A DNA stretch of 64,000 nt from Candidatus Marinacidobacterales bacterium (GTDB taxonomy: Bacteria > Acidobacteriota > Vicinamibacteria > Marinacidobacterales > SMYC01). The position numbers and the translations under genes are program-made. A model generated the notes under the pieces. The model worked only from the letters and a program-made list of their open reading frames with translations. It was not told the origin of the DNA and made no database searches. The stretch's first letter is position 1; every line of letters starts with the position of its first letter. The stretch is taken from positions 448,001-512,000 of the forward strand of contig CBDCYI010000011.1 in assembly GCA_965224085.1 (NCBI GenBank), given 5' to 3'. Positions 1 through 11,183 of this stretch are shown piece after piece.

Positions 1-843
1 CACCGAAAATCGACCATCGGCCATGTCGATTTAGCCTTCGGAAGTGAGAAGAGCGACCGCGAGAAGCGTGCGATCGCGCGCGGCGCCTACCGTCATTTCG
101 GCTCGATGCTCTTCGAGCTCATCTCGCTTGGGCAACCTTCTCGGGAGCAAATGGAGCGGCTCGTCGAGCTCGAAGGCGTCGAGAGGTTCGAGCGCGCCCA
201 GGCGTCGGGCAAAGGTGTCATCCTCACGACGGGCCACTTCGGTAATTGGGAGATGCATGGCATCGCGCATGGTTTCAAGCTCGGCCGGATTAACGTTTTG
301 GCGCGTGTCCAGAGCAATCGCTTTCTCAACCAATGGCTCGAGAACGTGCGCGGGATATCGGGGAACACGGTCGTCTACAAAGAGGGAGCGCTCAGCGAAT
401 TGCGGCGGCTTCTGAGAGAAGGTGAGACGATAGCGCTCGTCATCGATCAAAACGTGCGTTCCGAAGATGCGGTATTCATCGATTTTTTCGGTCGCCAAGC
501 AGCCACTACTCCGGTGCCGGCATGGTTCGCTTTGAAGACAGGGGCCGCGCTCGTGCCGGCGTTTTGCTACCCGCTTCCCGATGGCCGCTACCGCGCGGTG
601 TATGAGGAGCCGATCGACTGCGAGCCTTATCGGAAAACGGATCGCGATATGGCGATTCTGAAGATCACGCAAGAGCTGGCGAACGTGCAGGAGACTTACA
701 TCCGCGCGCACCCCGAATGTTGGATGTGGATGCACCACCGCTTTAGAACTCGCCCTCCCCAGGAAGCGAGACTTCTAGATGCGCCTGATGCGACCGCCTC
801 GCCTGACGCGATGGACGAGACGGTGGCGGCCGAGCCCCGATGA
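1..843 (+). CDS. Lipid A lauroyl/myristoyl acyltransferase (LpxL/HtrB family), 5' truncated by window edge
   Basis: Frame open from base 1; GHFGNWE, DQ and FFG motifs, C-terminal PECWMWMHHRF; overlaps next gene (ATGA). Confidence 0.85.
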   Translation, partial: HRKSTIGHVDLAFGSEKSDREKRAIARGAYRHFGSMLFELISLGQPSREQMERLVELEGVERFERAQASGKGVILTTGHFGNWEMHGIAHGFKLGRINVLARVQSNRFLNQWLENVRGISGNTVVYKEGALSELRRLLREGETIALVIDQNVRSEDAVFIDFFGRQAATTPVPAWFALKTGAALVPAFCYPLPDGRYRAVYEEPIDCEPYRKTDRDMAILKITQELANVQETYIRAHPECWMWMHHRFRTRPPQEARLLDAPDATASPDAMDETVAAEPR

Positions 844-1865
844 AAGTCGATTCGATACTCATCTTTGCGCCGAGCTGGATTGGCGATTCCGTCATGTCTC
901 TCGGCGCGATGCGCGCCGTGCGCAAAGCCCATCCGAATGCACGGCTCGTGGTGCTCACCCGTCCTTGGGTGCAAGAGCTCTACGCGGGCTGCGCCGTCGT
1001 CGATGAGACCATCCTCTATGATCCGCGCGGAGCCGATCGCGGCGTTTCCGGCTTTTTCCGTGCCGCGCGCCGCGTGCGTCTCGAGGGTTTCGACGTCTCG
1101 ATCTTGTTCCCGAACGCGTTCCGCGCGGCGTTTCTGATGTATGCAGCCGGTGTTCCAGAGCGCTGGGGCTACGCGACCGAGAGCCGAGCTGTGTTTCTGA
1201 CGAAACGCGTGCCGCCCGCGCCCCGACCGTTCGGACGCCATCAGGCTCATTTTTATCTCGACTTGCTCGGCGGTCTCGGGCTCCATCTTGCCGAGCCCGA
1301 CTTGAGCCTCCAAGCTACTGAGCCGATGCGTCGCGCGGGCAGAGCGCTTCTCGAACGAGAAGGGTTCAAAGGCGGGCCGCTCGTCGGCGTGCATCCCGGA
1401 GCCACGAATGGCCGGGCGAAGGTGTGGCACGCTTCGCGTTACGCGGAAGTGGCGTCGAAGCTCGCCGAGACGCGGGACGGCCAAGTCGCCGTTCTCGGCG
1501 GTGCCACGGAGGGCATTTTGGCGGAAGAAGTTCAAGCCGGGATTCCCAAGGAACGGGTTCTGATGCTGCAAGGAAAGACGTCGCTCGGCGAGCTCATGGG
1601 TGTTCTTTCGGAGTTCTCCGTCTTTCTCACGAATGATTCCGGTCCGATGCACTTGGCGGCGGCCCTCGGTGTTCCTACCGTTGCCGTCTTCGGCCCGACC
1701 GATGTCCGCGAGACGGGACCGTACAGCTCCGTCGCGCGCGTCGTGCGTGAGCCGGTCGATTGCAGCCCGTGCTTCTACCGCGACTGCCCGATAGACCATC
1801 GCTGCATGGAGCGGGTGACGCCCGAGCGCGTCTTTGATGAAGCGCTCGCGCTGGTGTCGTCATGA
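840..1865 (+). CDS. waaF: LPS heptosyltransferase II (GT9)
   Basis: PSWIGD, HPGA..AKVW, TNDSGPMHLAAALGVPTVAVFGPT motifs; LPS operon context. Confidence 0.9.
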   Translation: MKVDSILIFAPSWIGDSVMSLGAMRAVRKAHPNARLVVLTRPWVQELYAGCAVVDETILYDPRGADRGVSGFFRAARRVRLEGFDVSILFPNAFRAAFLMYAAGVPERWGYATESRAVFLTKRVPPAPRPFGRHQAHFYLDLLGGLGLHLAEPDLSLQATEPMRRAGRALLEREGFKGGPLVGVHPGATNGRAKVWHASRYAEVASKLAETRDGQVAVLGGATEGILAEEVQAGIPKERVLMLQGKTSLGELMGVLSEFSVFLTNDSGPMHLAAALGVPTVAVFGPTDVRETGPYSSVARVVREPVDCSPCFYRDCPIDHRCMERVTPERVFDEALALVSS

Positions 1866-2422
1866 GCGGGAAGCCGGCCATCTTTCTCGATCGCGATGGA
1901 ACACTCAACGAGTCGCGGGGCCACGTCAATCATCGCGACCGTTTCCGCCCTTACTCCTTTGCTGTGGACACGGTTCGGCTTATCCGGGACGAGGGTTACC
2001 TCGCCGTGCTCGTGACCAACCAGTCGGGCGTCGGGCGCGGGTTCTACCCAGCAGAACTCGTCGAAGAGATCCATGGCCGGTTTCAAGCGACCTTGAGGGA
2101 GGCGGGTACGGGGTTCGATCGGATTTATTACTGTCCGCACAAACCGGGTGATGGCTGCGCCTGCCGCAAACCCGAACCCGGAATGTTGCTTCAGGCACAG
2201 GACGAGCTCGATATCGACTTGTCGCAATCATGGATGGTTGGGGACACGATCACCGATATGCAGGCGGGATGGACCGCCGGCACCCGTAGCGCGTTAGTCA
2301 AGACCGGTTTCGGCAAAGGAAGTCTCGAATATGAAGGCGCTGGTTGGGAGCGCCAGCCGGACCTCGTCGGTGAGGACGTCTATCGCGCGGTCTGTCACAT
2401 TTTCTGGGGGAGCGTCGAGTGA
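1862..2422 (+). CDS. gmhB: D-glycero-D-manno-heptose 1,7-bisphosphate phosphatase (HAD IIIA)
   Basis: FLDRDGTL, TNQSGVGRG, CPH..CACRKPEPGM, MVGD motifs. Confidence 0.9.
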   Translation: MSGKPAIFLDRDGTLNESRGHVNHRDRFRPYSFAVDTVRLIRDEGYLAVLVTNQSGVGRGFYPAELVEEIHGRFQATLREAGTGFDRIYYCPHKPGDGCACRKPEPGMLLQAQDELDIDLSQSWMVGDTITDMQAGWTAGTRSALVKTGFGKGSLEYEGAGWERQPDLVGEDVYRAVCHIFWGSVE

Positions 2423-2484
2423 GAGACGTCCCGCCAAGAGCTCGCCGACGCCGTGCGTGCGGGTGAGAGCTGAGACGCGTCGAG

Positions 2485-2964
2485 ATGGGTCGCGTCGTGA
2501 ATTTGGACGAGGCCACGGCGGCCACCGCCGCGGCGAAAGACGCGAAAAAGCGTGTCGTGCTCGCGAACGGCCACTTCGATTTGATACATGTCGGACATGT
2601 TCGCTACCTAGAGGGCGCGCACGCGGAGGGTGATTTTCTCGTCGTGGGTGTCAACGGAGATTCTGCGACGCGGCGTCTCAAAGGCGAGGGGCGTCCCATC
2701 CTACAGGCGTTCGAGCGCGCCGAGCTAGTGGCGGCACTCGAAGTTGTGGATTTGGTGGTCGTGTTCGACGAAGACAATGTGGCGACGCTTCTCGATCGGC
2801 TACGGCCGGAGGTGCACTGCATAGGCACGGACTACACACAAGACTCGGTGCCCGAGCGCGACATCATGATAGGGCTCGGAGGCGAGACCCGCATCGTGGG
2901 CGGCCCAAAAGACCACTCAACGCGAGATCTGATTGACGGGATTCTGGAGCGCTTCTCGGGGTGA
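2485..2964 (+). CDS. Heptose-1-phosphate adenylyltransferase (RfaE domain II-like)
   Basis: NGHFDLIHVGHVRYL (HxGH), KGEGRP, GTDY, HSTR motifs. Confidence 0.85.
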   Translation: MGRVVNLDEATAATAAAKDAKKRVVLANGHFDLIHVGHVRYLEGAHAEGDFLVVGVNGDSATRRLKGEGRPILQAFERAELVAALEVVDLVVVFDEDNVATLLDRLRPEVHCIGTDYTQDSVPERDIMIGLGGETRIVGGPKDHSTRDLIDGILERFSG

Positions 2965-2980
2965 AAACGCGGGTAGTAGG

Positions 2981-4240
2981 TTAGACGCTTTCGTCGTGGC
3001 GTTGTAGGGCTAAGAGCATGAGTTGGGTGGTAGAGCGGTAGTCTTGTCCGTTGTAGCGCACGCCGGTTGAGACGAAGCGGAAGCGGCCCCACTTTACAGG
3101 TATGAGGTGGAGGGCGGCGGCTTCGTCGGTGAGGTTGCCGGCGAAGCTTCCGCAAATGCGGCCTTCGTGCATGTGGATCTCGCCGTGGCGGTCGCCGTCG
3201 ATGTGGAGAACTCCCGTTGCTTGGTTGGCCTCTAGCATTTGCAGGATGTCGGTATTCTTGAAGACGCCGAAGTTGCCGCCGAGCTCGCCGGGCTCGCCGG
3301 AAGGGTTTTGACCTTCCAGTAGCTGTTTGGCGCGGCGGACGAGCTCTTCCGGCTGGAAGGGGCGGCGCAGACAGACGTCGGCGATGCCGTCAGCCGGGTC
3401 TAGTTGCGGTTTGTCGGAAGCGTCGGCGAGAAGGACGATTGGGGTGGCGACGAGCGCGGGCGCGGCGCGGATTTTGCGCACGAGCTCCAAGCCGGAGAGG
3501 GCACCATCGAGCTTCATCTCGCAGATAATCAGTTGCGGCGGAACGAGGCGCGCGTAGGCGAGTGCCTCTTCCATGATCTTTGCGGCGACAACGTCGATTT
3601 CAGACTCTTCTAGACGGCGCCGCAGTGATTGGCGCGCGTCGTTGTTCGGTGCGACGAGGAGTACGCAGGGTTGGAGCTCGTGCTCGACCTCCACCTCGAC
3701 CTTGCCATTTACGTTACCATTTACCTTGCTACTTATTGTGCCATTTATCTTGCCATTGGGTTCGCCATTTATCTTGTTGCCCAGGAGAATGAACCCCAGA
3801 TCTGGATCGGGCTCCGTCGTCAACGCCGGGTGAACCGAGTCTGGCTGCGGCGCTTCCTCGAGCGCGGCCGCCTCGATGAGGCTATCTCCACTGAGCCGCC
3901 GCACTAATTTGCGCGCGAAAGCGGAGAGGTCGGTAAAGCAGATGCCTTGAGCGCTTCCGATGCTCGCGTCGGCAGGCTCGAGCACGTCGTCCCTTCGCCA
4001 TACGACGTGTCCCCGGGTCTTGAAGAGCCATAGGCCGCCACTTCTCAGGTCGACGGTAATGGTGTCGTCTTCCGTGAGGCCTTGCCGTGTGAAGACTCGA
4101 GCCCCCGTCTCTGACAAGTCGGTGATCATCCCGTCGATGGCGACCGCGTGGCCATCGAACATGCTAATCCGAACGGGGTCAGCCGGAGTGAAGCGAGGAA
4201 AGCGTCTCCACTCCTCATGTGTCGGGACGGTTATGGCCAC
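2981..4240 (-). CDS. PilZ - receiver-like - DUF4388 signalling protein
   Basis: RRFPRF and DLSETGA PilZ motifs; REC-like fold lacking the canonical Asp; C-terminal DILQMLE..TGVL DUF4388-like domain. Confidence 0.7.
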   Translation of the reverse strand: MAITVPTHEEWRRFPRFTPADPVRISMFDGHAVAIDGMITDLSETGARVFTRQGLTEDDTITVDLRSGGLWLFKTRGHVVWRRDDVLEPADASIGSAQGICFTDLSAFARKLVRRLSGDSLIEAAALEEAPQPDSVHPALTTEPDPDLGFILLGNKINGEPNGKINGTISSKVNGNVNGKVEVEVEHELQPCVLLVAPNNDARQSLRRRLEESEIDVVAAKIMEEALAYARLVPPQLIICEMKLDGALSGLELVRKIRAAPALVATPIVLLADASDKPQLDPADGIADVCLRRPFQPEELVRRAKQLLEGQNPSGEPGELGGNFGVFKNTDILQMLEANQATGVLHIDGDRHGEIHMHEGRICGSFAGNLTDEAAALHLIPVKWGRFRFVSTGVRYNGQDYRSTTQLMLLALQRHDESV

Positions 4241-4409
4241 GGCGCTGTCTATTTCTCGCGAGTCAGATACAAGTGCTAATCGACGAGATCAAGCTCCACA
4301 TTTCCACGAGATCCACGCGGCCCTCGGACGAGGGTTGGGGGGCCTTTTTTAAAAGCCATTATTATGAAAATGTAAAACTATTCTTGCAAAAATCTAGGAT
4401 TGGGCGTGA

Positions 4410-4990
4410 TCAGATGTGATCTCGTGCTTCGGAGCTGGAAAGAAGCGAGGCGGCGCCTTTGTCGAAAGGTACGTCTTTCTCTAGAAGCAACGAGGCGGAG
4501 CGTACGCTGTACCGGGCGCCGTCCGGAGACGCCGCTGGCTCTTCGAAATCCGGCAGCTCGGGCTCGAGCTCGGGCGGCCCCATGTAGACCCAAACCACGC
4601 CTCCGGAGATGCGATTAGGGTAGGACCGTGTTTTGACTTTGCTTGAACGCGCTCTCCGTCGGCTGGGCTGGCATGTCGACGCACTGTCCGCTCGCATCGA
4701 ACTTCCAGCCGTGATAGACGCAGCGGAGGCCGTGCTCTTCGTTACGGCCGAAATAGAGGTGTGCGCGCCGGTGTGGGCAATGCGCGTCGAGGATCCAATG
4801 TCTCCGTTGGTGTCACGAAAGGCCACGAGGTCTTCGCCTAGAAGACGCAGCTTGACCGGATCGCCGTCCGTCCCGGCGATTTCTTTCTCGAGCAGCGCCG
4901 GAAGCCAGAAGCGGCGTAGCAAACAGCCCATCGGCGTCTCCGGGCCGATCCGGGTGAGCAGCTCGTTCTCTTCGGGTTTCAGCAAAGTCC
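4410..4990 (-). pseudogene. Rieske non-heme iron oxygenase alpha subunit (phthalate dioxygenase-like), frameshifted and internally deleted
   Basis: ENELLTRIGPETPMG..RRFWLP..LLGEDLVAFRDTNG N-terminus; VWVYMGP..PELP joined directly to C-terminal VRSAS; overlapping frames. Confidence 0.7.
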
Positions 4991-5004
4991 ACGCTACCCA
5001 TCGA

Positions 5005-5549
5005 TCTTGAGGTCGAGAAACTTCCGATACGAGGTCGACGCCGTCCGAGAGGTCGAATTGTTTGTAAGCATTCGCGACCATCATGTTCGGGTCGCCCGAG
5101 TGCAGCCGCTCATAGAGCTGCTGGCGGCTTCCATAGGCATCTCCGGTGAGCTCCCAGGCAAGCTTGCACAGCTTGTAGCGGTCCTTGGGCGACGCCTTCT
5201 TACCCCGGAGGTAGACATCGAGATGCTTCCGGATCTCGGGCGCGTCCCAGTTCTTCTGCGTTCGGGAGGAAAATGAGCGAGCTCGTGCCGATGTGCTCGA
5301 CGAGCTCCCGTTCTCCTGCTCGAAAGTCATCACGTCGCGGGTCTCCGGCGCGTGCTGCATGTCGTAGATGCGCGCGAGGCTCTGAGCCATTTCGCGGAAC
5401 TCGGGATGCGTCGTCACGTCCGCGATGCGCTCGCCCCGGTACCAGATTTCGCGGTGGTCTCGGAGGCTTTCGAGATAGCGGGCCCCTATGAGCGCTCCTT
5501 CGGCTCGTGTGCGGTCGATGCGGGGGATAGAAGTCGCGGTGTCTGTCAC
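5005..5549 (-). pseudogene. 4-hydroxyphenylacetate 3-hydroxylase (HpaB-family) remnant with central deletion
   Basis: GARYLESLRDHREIWYRGERIADVTTHP N-terminus joined to C-terminal KLAWELTGDAYGSRQQLYERLHSGDP. Confidence 0.7.
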
Positions 5550-5649
5550 TGAATGCTCGGACTAAAGAAAGTTTGTCGGCCAGATGATGGTGCGCCACAT
5601 GTGGGCGACGGGGCTCCCCTCGAAACCGAGGCCTTCTCTCGGCTGCTTG

Positions 5650-6300
5650 AAGTGTCGGCCGACCAGGTTGCGAAAGCCATGGCGTTGCCCGTACCTGCTT
5701 GTGAACGGTAGCACGGCACGTAGTCGACCAAGTTCATCTGAAGGTTCGTTTCCGCGAGCGCGCCGATTCCAGCGATCCAGTTTTTCGTTTCCGAAGTCCC
5801 CGAGCGGAAAAAGTGCGCCGGGATTCTGTCGAGGCGCGCCGAATCCTTGGACTTCATCGCAGAAAGCACATTGTCGTCGAAAGTTTCGTCGATAACAAAG
5901 TGGCTTAGACCGCCAGACATGATGACGCCGACGCGGAGGTCTTTCTTCCACGCGTCGATAGCACGCGCGATCGATTGGCCGATCGCGAAACAGCGCGACA
6001 CCGAGGGCTGATTGGGTGGAAAAAAAGTGTTCAGAACCACCGGAACCGCGGGAATGGGCACGTCGTTCATGATGCGCCGGTAGAGAAATCCGTAGGCGTG
6101 GGGCAGGCCGCGACGGCCTTTGGGGCCTTCGGGAAGCGTCTTCATGGCCGCGATGTCGAACCCGTCAGCCACGAGAGACGCGATGAGATGTTCCCCGAGC
6201 TCGGGAACGCAGGGATAGCTCACCGTCTCCTCCGGTACGTTGGCCCAATAGGCGAGTGCTAATCCCGGCTTGAGCCCGGCGAGACCGGCTTCGTCAAGTG
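5650..6300 (-). pseudogene. LigB-like extradiol dioxygenase, 5' part missing
   Basis: PHAYGF, NTFFPPNQP, SGGLSHFVIDE, SGTSETKNW motifs; fused to the SBP fragment upstream. Confidence 0.7.
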
Positions 6301-6525
6301 CCACTGGCAGGCGGAGCTCACATCGCAGGCGCGTCCTTGGCCCTCGAAAGTTTGATAGGCGCCGCTTCGCTGCTCGGGCGGAAGCTCTTCCGCTGTCTTG
6401 ATCGCGGCAACGCCTTTTTTGACGTCGTGGAACTCGTAGTCGAGCCCTTCATCTTTGAAGTAGCCCTTTTCTTCGGCGACCCATTCTTGCAGCCTCATGT
6501 GCGGTGCGATGACGAACTTCCCCAT
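6300..6525 (-). pseudogene. ABC substrate-binding protein N-terminal fragment
   Basis: PHMRLQEWVAEEKGYFKDEGLDYEF (NMT1/SsuA-like) truncated at ACQW. Confidence 0.55.
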
Positions 6526-6555
6526 TTTGCCCTTCGTAATTTTGCACGTTTCGGC

Positions 6556-7218
6556 TCAACAAAACGCCTTCGCGTGCTGTTTCTGTTTCCTGACTCGGAT
6601 ACCACCGAGATGCTTGGTCATTGCGTCTCGGGCGCCGGCGCCGTCGCGCGCTTCGATGCGCGCGAAGATCTCGCGATGCGTCTTGTCCACGCGCGCAGCG
6701 ACTTCCGGTGTGGCGCGTTTGTTCTCGCTGGGCCACACGACGTAGCGCATCGCGCGGAGAAGTGCGTTGAGCGCGCGGTTGTGTGACGCATCGGCGACGG
6801 CGAGGTGGAAACCGAGGCTCGCCTCGGTGAAGGCAGCAGGATCGTGCGCGACGTTTCTCGCGTTTTCGAGAGCGCCCGCTAGCCGCTCGAGATCCTCCTA
6901 GGTCCGGTGCACTGCGGCGAGCTGAAATTGCACCGCAAGGGCATCGGCGAAGTAGTCGAGATTGCTTTTTGCGATGCGGGCGCCACCGCCAGCTCCTTGC
7001 CGGATCTCGACGAGGCCCATGGCGGACAAGCTTCTAAGGGCGTCGCGCACCGTGATGCGGCTGACGCCGAACCTTTTCGCGAGCTCGTTCTCCGAGCCGA
7101 GAAAGCTTCCTGGCGCGAGGCGGCCGTCAAAGACCGCGTTCCGAATCTCGGTGACGATCTGACTCGAGAGCGTTGCTCCCCGCGTCAATGGCAACTTGGT
7201 GATAAAGGTAGCGGCCAA
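6556..7218 (-). pseudogene. FadR/GntR transcriptional regulator, frameshifted near 6900
   Basis: SENELAKRFGVSRITVRDAL HTH; FCD-like FHLAVADASHN and REIF..DAMTKHL in a different frame. Confidence 0.75.
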
Positions 7219-7295
7219 AGGGACCCTCCACTCAATCGTATTAACGATATGACATTTAAGAAAAGGATGTCAAATGCTGTGCTCGACTTTGGGTG

Positions 7296-7311
7296 TGAAT
7301 ATATTCATAAT
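7296..7311 (+). promoter_or_regulatory. Palindromic operator TGAATATATTCA overlapping the -10 of the vapBC operon
   Basis: Perfect 12-bp palindrome 7296-7307 overlapping CATAAT just before ATG 7320. Confidence 0.5.
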
Positions 7312-7319
7312 ATAGTCGT

Positions 7320-7574
7320 ATGCCGACAACGGTGCACCTCCCGGGAGACCTGCTCGAGTCGGTCGACCGGCGTGCAAAGGAGTTGAGGATGAGTCGCAAC
7401 CGTTTCATCGTTCGCGCTCTGGAAAGGGCGATCTACGAAGAAACAGAATGGTCTGAGCCATTCATGAACGAGCTCACCGCCGCGGCACGTGACATCGAAG
7501 GCCACCGTGATGTGGATGAGATGCGAGTAGCTATTTCATCGGCTAGGCGCTCCAAGGCCCCGCCCAAGCTGTGA
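7320..7574 (+). CDS. vapB: RHH/CopG antitoxin
   Basis: MPTTVHLP..LLESVDRRA..SRNRFIVRAL; overlaps the PIN gene. Confidence 0.75.
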   Translation: MPTTVHLPGDLLESVDRRAKELRMSRNRFIVRALERAIYEETEWSEPFMNELTAAARDIEGHRDVDEMRVAISSARRSKAPPKL

Positions 7575-7987
7575 AATACATACTCGATACGAACACAGTG
7601 TCCTTTGTAATGAAGGGAGATGCGGATGTGGCGCGCACGCTGCTTTCGCACAAAAGAACAGATGTGTATCTGCCGCAGCCTGTTTTAGCCGAGATCGAGT
7701 ACGGTCTCTCGCGTCTGCCGCGTTCTGCCCGCAAGCGCCGGTTGCGTGAGCGCTTCGACAGCATCTGTCGGGAGTTCCAGCGGCTGGGGTGGACGGACGA
7801 GGTCAGCCGCTCGTTCGGCGCGGCGAAAGCAGACCTCGAAAAACGCGGTGTCCAGATCGAGGATTTTGATGTCGCGGTCGCCGCGCATGCTCTTGCAGTC
7901 GATGCGACGCTCGTAACCGATAATGTGGCCCACCTGCGACGCGTCAGGAATCTCAGGCTCGAAAACTGGCGGCCCGAATCGTCTTAG
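7571..7987 (+). CDS. vapC: PIN-domain toxin
   Basis: ILDTN, EIEYG, DFDVAVAAHA, LVTDN acidic motifs. Confidence 0.9.
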   Translation: MKYILDTNTVSFVMKGDADVARTLLSHKRTDVYLPQPVLAEIEYGLSRLPRSARKRRLRERFDSICREFQRLGWTDEVSRSFGAAKADLEKRGVQIEDFDVAVAAHALAVDATLVTDNVAHLRRVRNLRLENWRPESS

Positions 7988-8164
7988 GTTGTTGCGCCGA
8001 CGCGGCATTCCCGTTGGGGCGATGCGTCGGGTATTCGAGACCGAGCTGCTGCACATAGCTGTGGAATCGGCTGGCGTCGGAGTAGAACGGCTTCATTGTC
8101 ACGACACCCGCGGCAACCCGTCTGAGCGCGACGACGTGGGGCGGTGGGTTGAGGCTTTATCTGC

Positions 8165-10419
8165 TCAGTTGACGTTGTTCGAAACGAGGGAGTCCGCCGT
8201 CTGCGGGAGGTAACAGGATCCGTGGCTCTTGGTGTCGAAGCGGATTTGGATCGATTGACCCCAATTCATGTTGTTGTCCTGCACCTGGAAGTGAAGATGA
8301 GGACCGCTCGAGCGGCCGGTATTGTCCGCTTCCGCGATCGGCTGGCCGCGGATCACGATGTTCCCCACATTCACGAACACGGAGTTTGTCTTGATGTGGA
8401 AATACCAGCCGGTCGTACCGTCCTGATGCGCGATCCGGACCGCGTTCCCCCAATTTTCCAGGGCGCCGGGGGGAAACTCTTGATTCGTAGCCGACGGCGG
8501 TTCGCTGCGATTAAAGTTCGTTGTTTGTAAATCCGTCAGCCACTGGACCATGCCGCCGCGCGCAGCGTGGATCGGGACCCCGTCGTTGAGCCCGAAATCG
8601 AAGGCGAACTCCTGGGCCGTGCCGGCTGCGTGCGAATCGTTGGGGCCGCTGCTGTTGCCTTGACCGACGGGCTCGGTGTGGCCGTCCTCCCACGGCAGTC
8701 GATAGTAGCTGTTCGGGCCCGGGTCGCAAATATCAGCGAGATCGCGATCGATGAAAGGCACCGTCGCGCTGTACCAGAAGGGCCATCCGTTGCGCGTACC
8801 TGTAACACGCGGCCACCGCAGCCCTGAGCGTCGGTCCGTGCCCACGTTCGCGAGCCCGAACAGGTCGAGATCGAGGAAATCGTCAGCGAAAATCGCAAAT
8901 GCGGGGTTACTGGCGTTGATTTTCTCGACCACTTTCACCCCCGAGCTGGAATAGCCCTCTGCGTCGAAACCGACGGGATGGCCGCCGATGGACGAATGGA
9001 CGGTGAACGCATGGACGACCGCGATGTCGAAATCGTTCGGTCGGATGGGTCCAGATTGAACAACGTATTGATGTACTGATAATCGGCGTACCCACCTCGC
9101 TGCCGGACCGTCACCGCGTGCTCCGTCGTCCTGAGCGTCTTGAACGTCGAAAAGCAGCGTCCCCGCCGCCCTTTTTTCGACGAGCCGATGCACTTCTGAC
9201 GCTGCTCGATGACCCGCAGGGTGCCGTCCGTCGATTCGATGTTGCCGAACGGCAGCGCCGTCACTGGAAGCGACATGGGGTTGTCCGACGGAGTGAGATC
9301 GTAAGCGAACGGGGTGAAGTTGAACGCACCCTTGGCTTTGAACTCGAGTCGCAAGCTATAGCGGAACGTATGAAACTTCCCCGTCGGTTTCGACTGTTTC
9401 GGACAGGCACCGGTAATCAAGGCGGCGAGGCGCATCGGTGCCTCCAATTGCAGCACCGCGACTCCATCTTCGAATTCAGTGTAGCCGTTAGTATCGTGGA
9501 GGACGTAGTTGTTGCCGACGGCAAGGGGCGGATTGAAGGGCTGAAACGGAGCGATGAGAAGCTCAATGCATTGCGGCAAGAAGACGGGAAAGTCGGTTTC
9601 GCGAAACGGTAGGCCGTCCGTACCGTGAGGGTTGAGGGACTTCGCGATCCCGGTCGAATCGGCGAGCATCGTTCCTTCGCCGCGCACATGTGCCCCCTCA
9701 CCCAACGTGCCGACCCCGGCGGGTGTGACGAGCACAACGGCGCTCCTGAGCTCCACGATGCGAGCGGCATCGTCGGTGCGTGCGAGGATCCCGTTCCACA
9801 CCGACTCATGCTCCACTTGATCGCACACCTGGTTGGCGACGTCGTGCGCCGTGCGGGTCTCGAGGACAGCTTTTCCCACCAAGCTCGCGCGATACCCCAG
9901 CTCGTGGAACGCGACCTCTTTGAAATCCGAATCGAGAGGGTCGGTCGGCAAGATCTGTCGCTGGAGGGCTGCGCGCGTCATGAAAAGGAGTTCGTGCGTG
10001 TCGCGCGACAGCTCCTCGAGAGTGTTGCGCACAGCCCCGGTAGTTTCAGCCATCTCGCACGGTTCGCCTCTGGCGAGCTGGACGAGTCCGACATCGAACT
10101 GCGCCTTTGCTTGTACGATGCGGCGGCGCATCACCTCGGACTCTCTGTCGTAGTCGTCGGACACACCTTCGAGCACGATACCTCGAGCAGCGGCGTCCAT
10201 CGCCGTTGTGACCGGCTCGCCGAATAGCTCCGGTCGCGCGATGAGCTCTATCACGGCGCAGCCGTGGGTGATCGCTTCCGCGCGGGCAGGGGTAGAAACG
10301 CACTTGTCGCTGTCGTCGGGAATACCATCGCCGTCGGTGTCAGCGCGGTCGTCGCGCTCGACTCCTCGAGCTCCAAGAAGTAACAAAGCGAACGTTGCCC
10401 AAAGCAATCTCCGTTTCAT
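8165..10419 (-). pseudogene. Large secreted M23 metallopeptidase, split by one frameshift near 9045
   Basis: Signal peptide, DTDGDGIPD Ca-binding repeat; C-terminal H..AFDF, YFH, NTGRSSGPHLHFQV. Confidence 0.7.
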
Positions 10420-10508
10420 GGTCCCCCCTTTTGGATCTTTCTAACGGACTTTGAACTATAGCGCAACCGTGCAGTCTTGCTTCGTGACGGAGCTAACTGC
10501 CGCGCTCT

Positions 10509-10995
10509 TCAAAGTCGGAAAAGTAGAAGGACCAACATGGCGGATACAACACTCGCAACGGCTGTCCTGGTCACGTTCCATCGGTTCCAACGCGGTTCGA
10601 AGTCTTTACGAGCTGCGTTTAGCCCGTCGTCATCTATCGAGTCAACGTCCAGAGTCTGCATTTTGTTGTTCATTGGTATGTTAATCATGACGGTCGGCAA
10701 TTGAACGCCGACAAAGTAGGCGAGTGTGGCGAAGATGATGAGCCCCATCCATTTGCCCGATGCCGAGCGCGGCCGAAATCAGCAAAGCCACAAACGACCC
10801 GACCCAGACGATCACAAGAATGGGCGGCGGCGCACCCTGGAAAACGCCATCGATTACCTGAAACGTCCGGATAACCTCTCGGTTATTCAAGCTTGCGATG
10901 CCCGGCATTACCGCCACGGCAAAGGCAAACAAGAGGCCTGCGACGATCGAACACAAGAATGTAGCCAAGATCAACGCAATGTGAAATATTCTCAT
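10509..10995 (-). pseudogene. DUF1772 (anthrone oxygenase-like) membrane protein, frameshifted
   Basis: AGLLFAFAVAVMPG, FQVIDG; second frame NIPMNN..FEPRWNRWNVTRT. Confidence 0.75.
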
Positions 10996-11183
10996 GATTC
11001 GTCGAATCCCTTCAGAGCGCGTACTTATGGACTCACACATTGTCCGCCGGCGACTCGAACATGCACTCCGCAGTCGATCGGCTTCTACTCCGGACGGCGC
11101 GCGACTTGCTCGCAAGTTGGTTGTTTTGATGACGCCTCCCGGGCGTCAAGAAACTCGAGCTCGAGAACTGGCGGCCCTGACGG

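Noticed and set aside
4410-5549. Natural HpaB-Rieske fusion protein (379 aa)
   Set aside because: Both parts lack their catalytic cores and the Rieske Cys/His ligands are out of frame; a product of deletions and frameshifts
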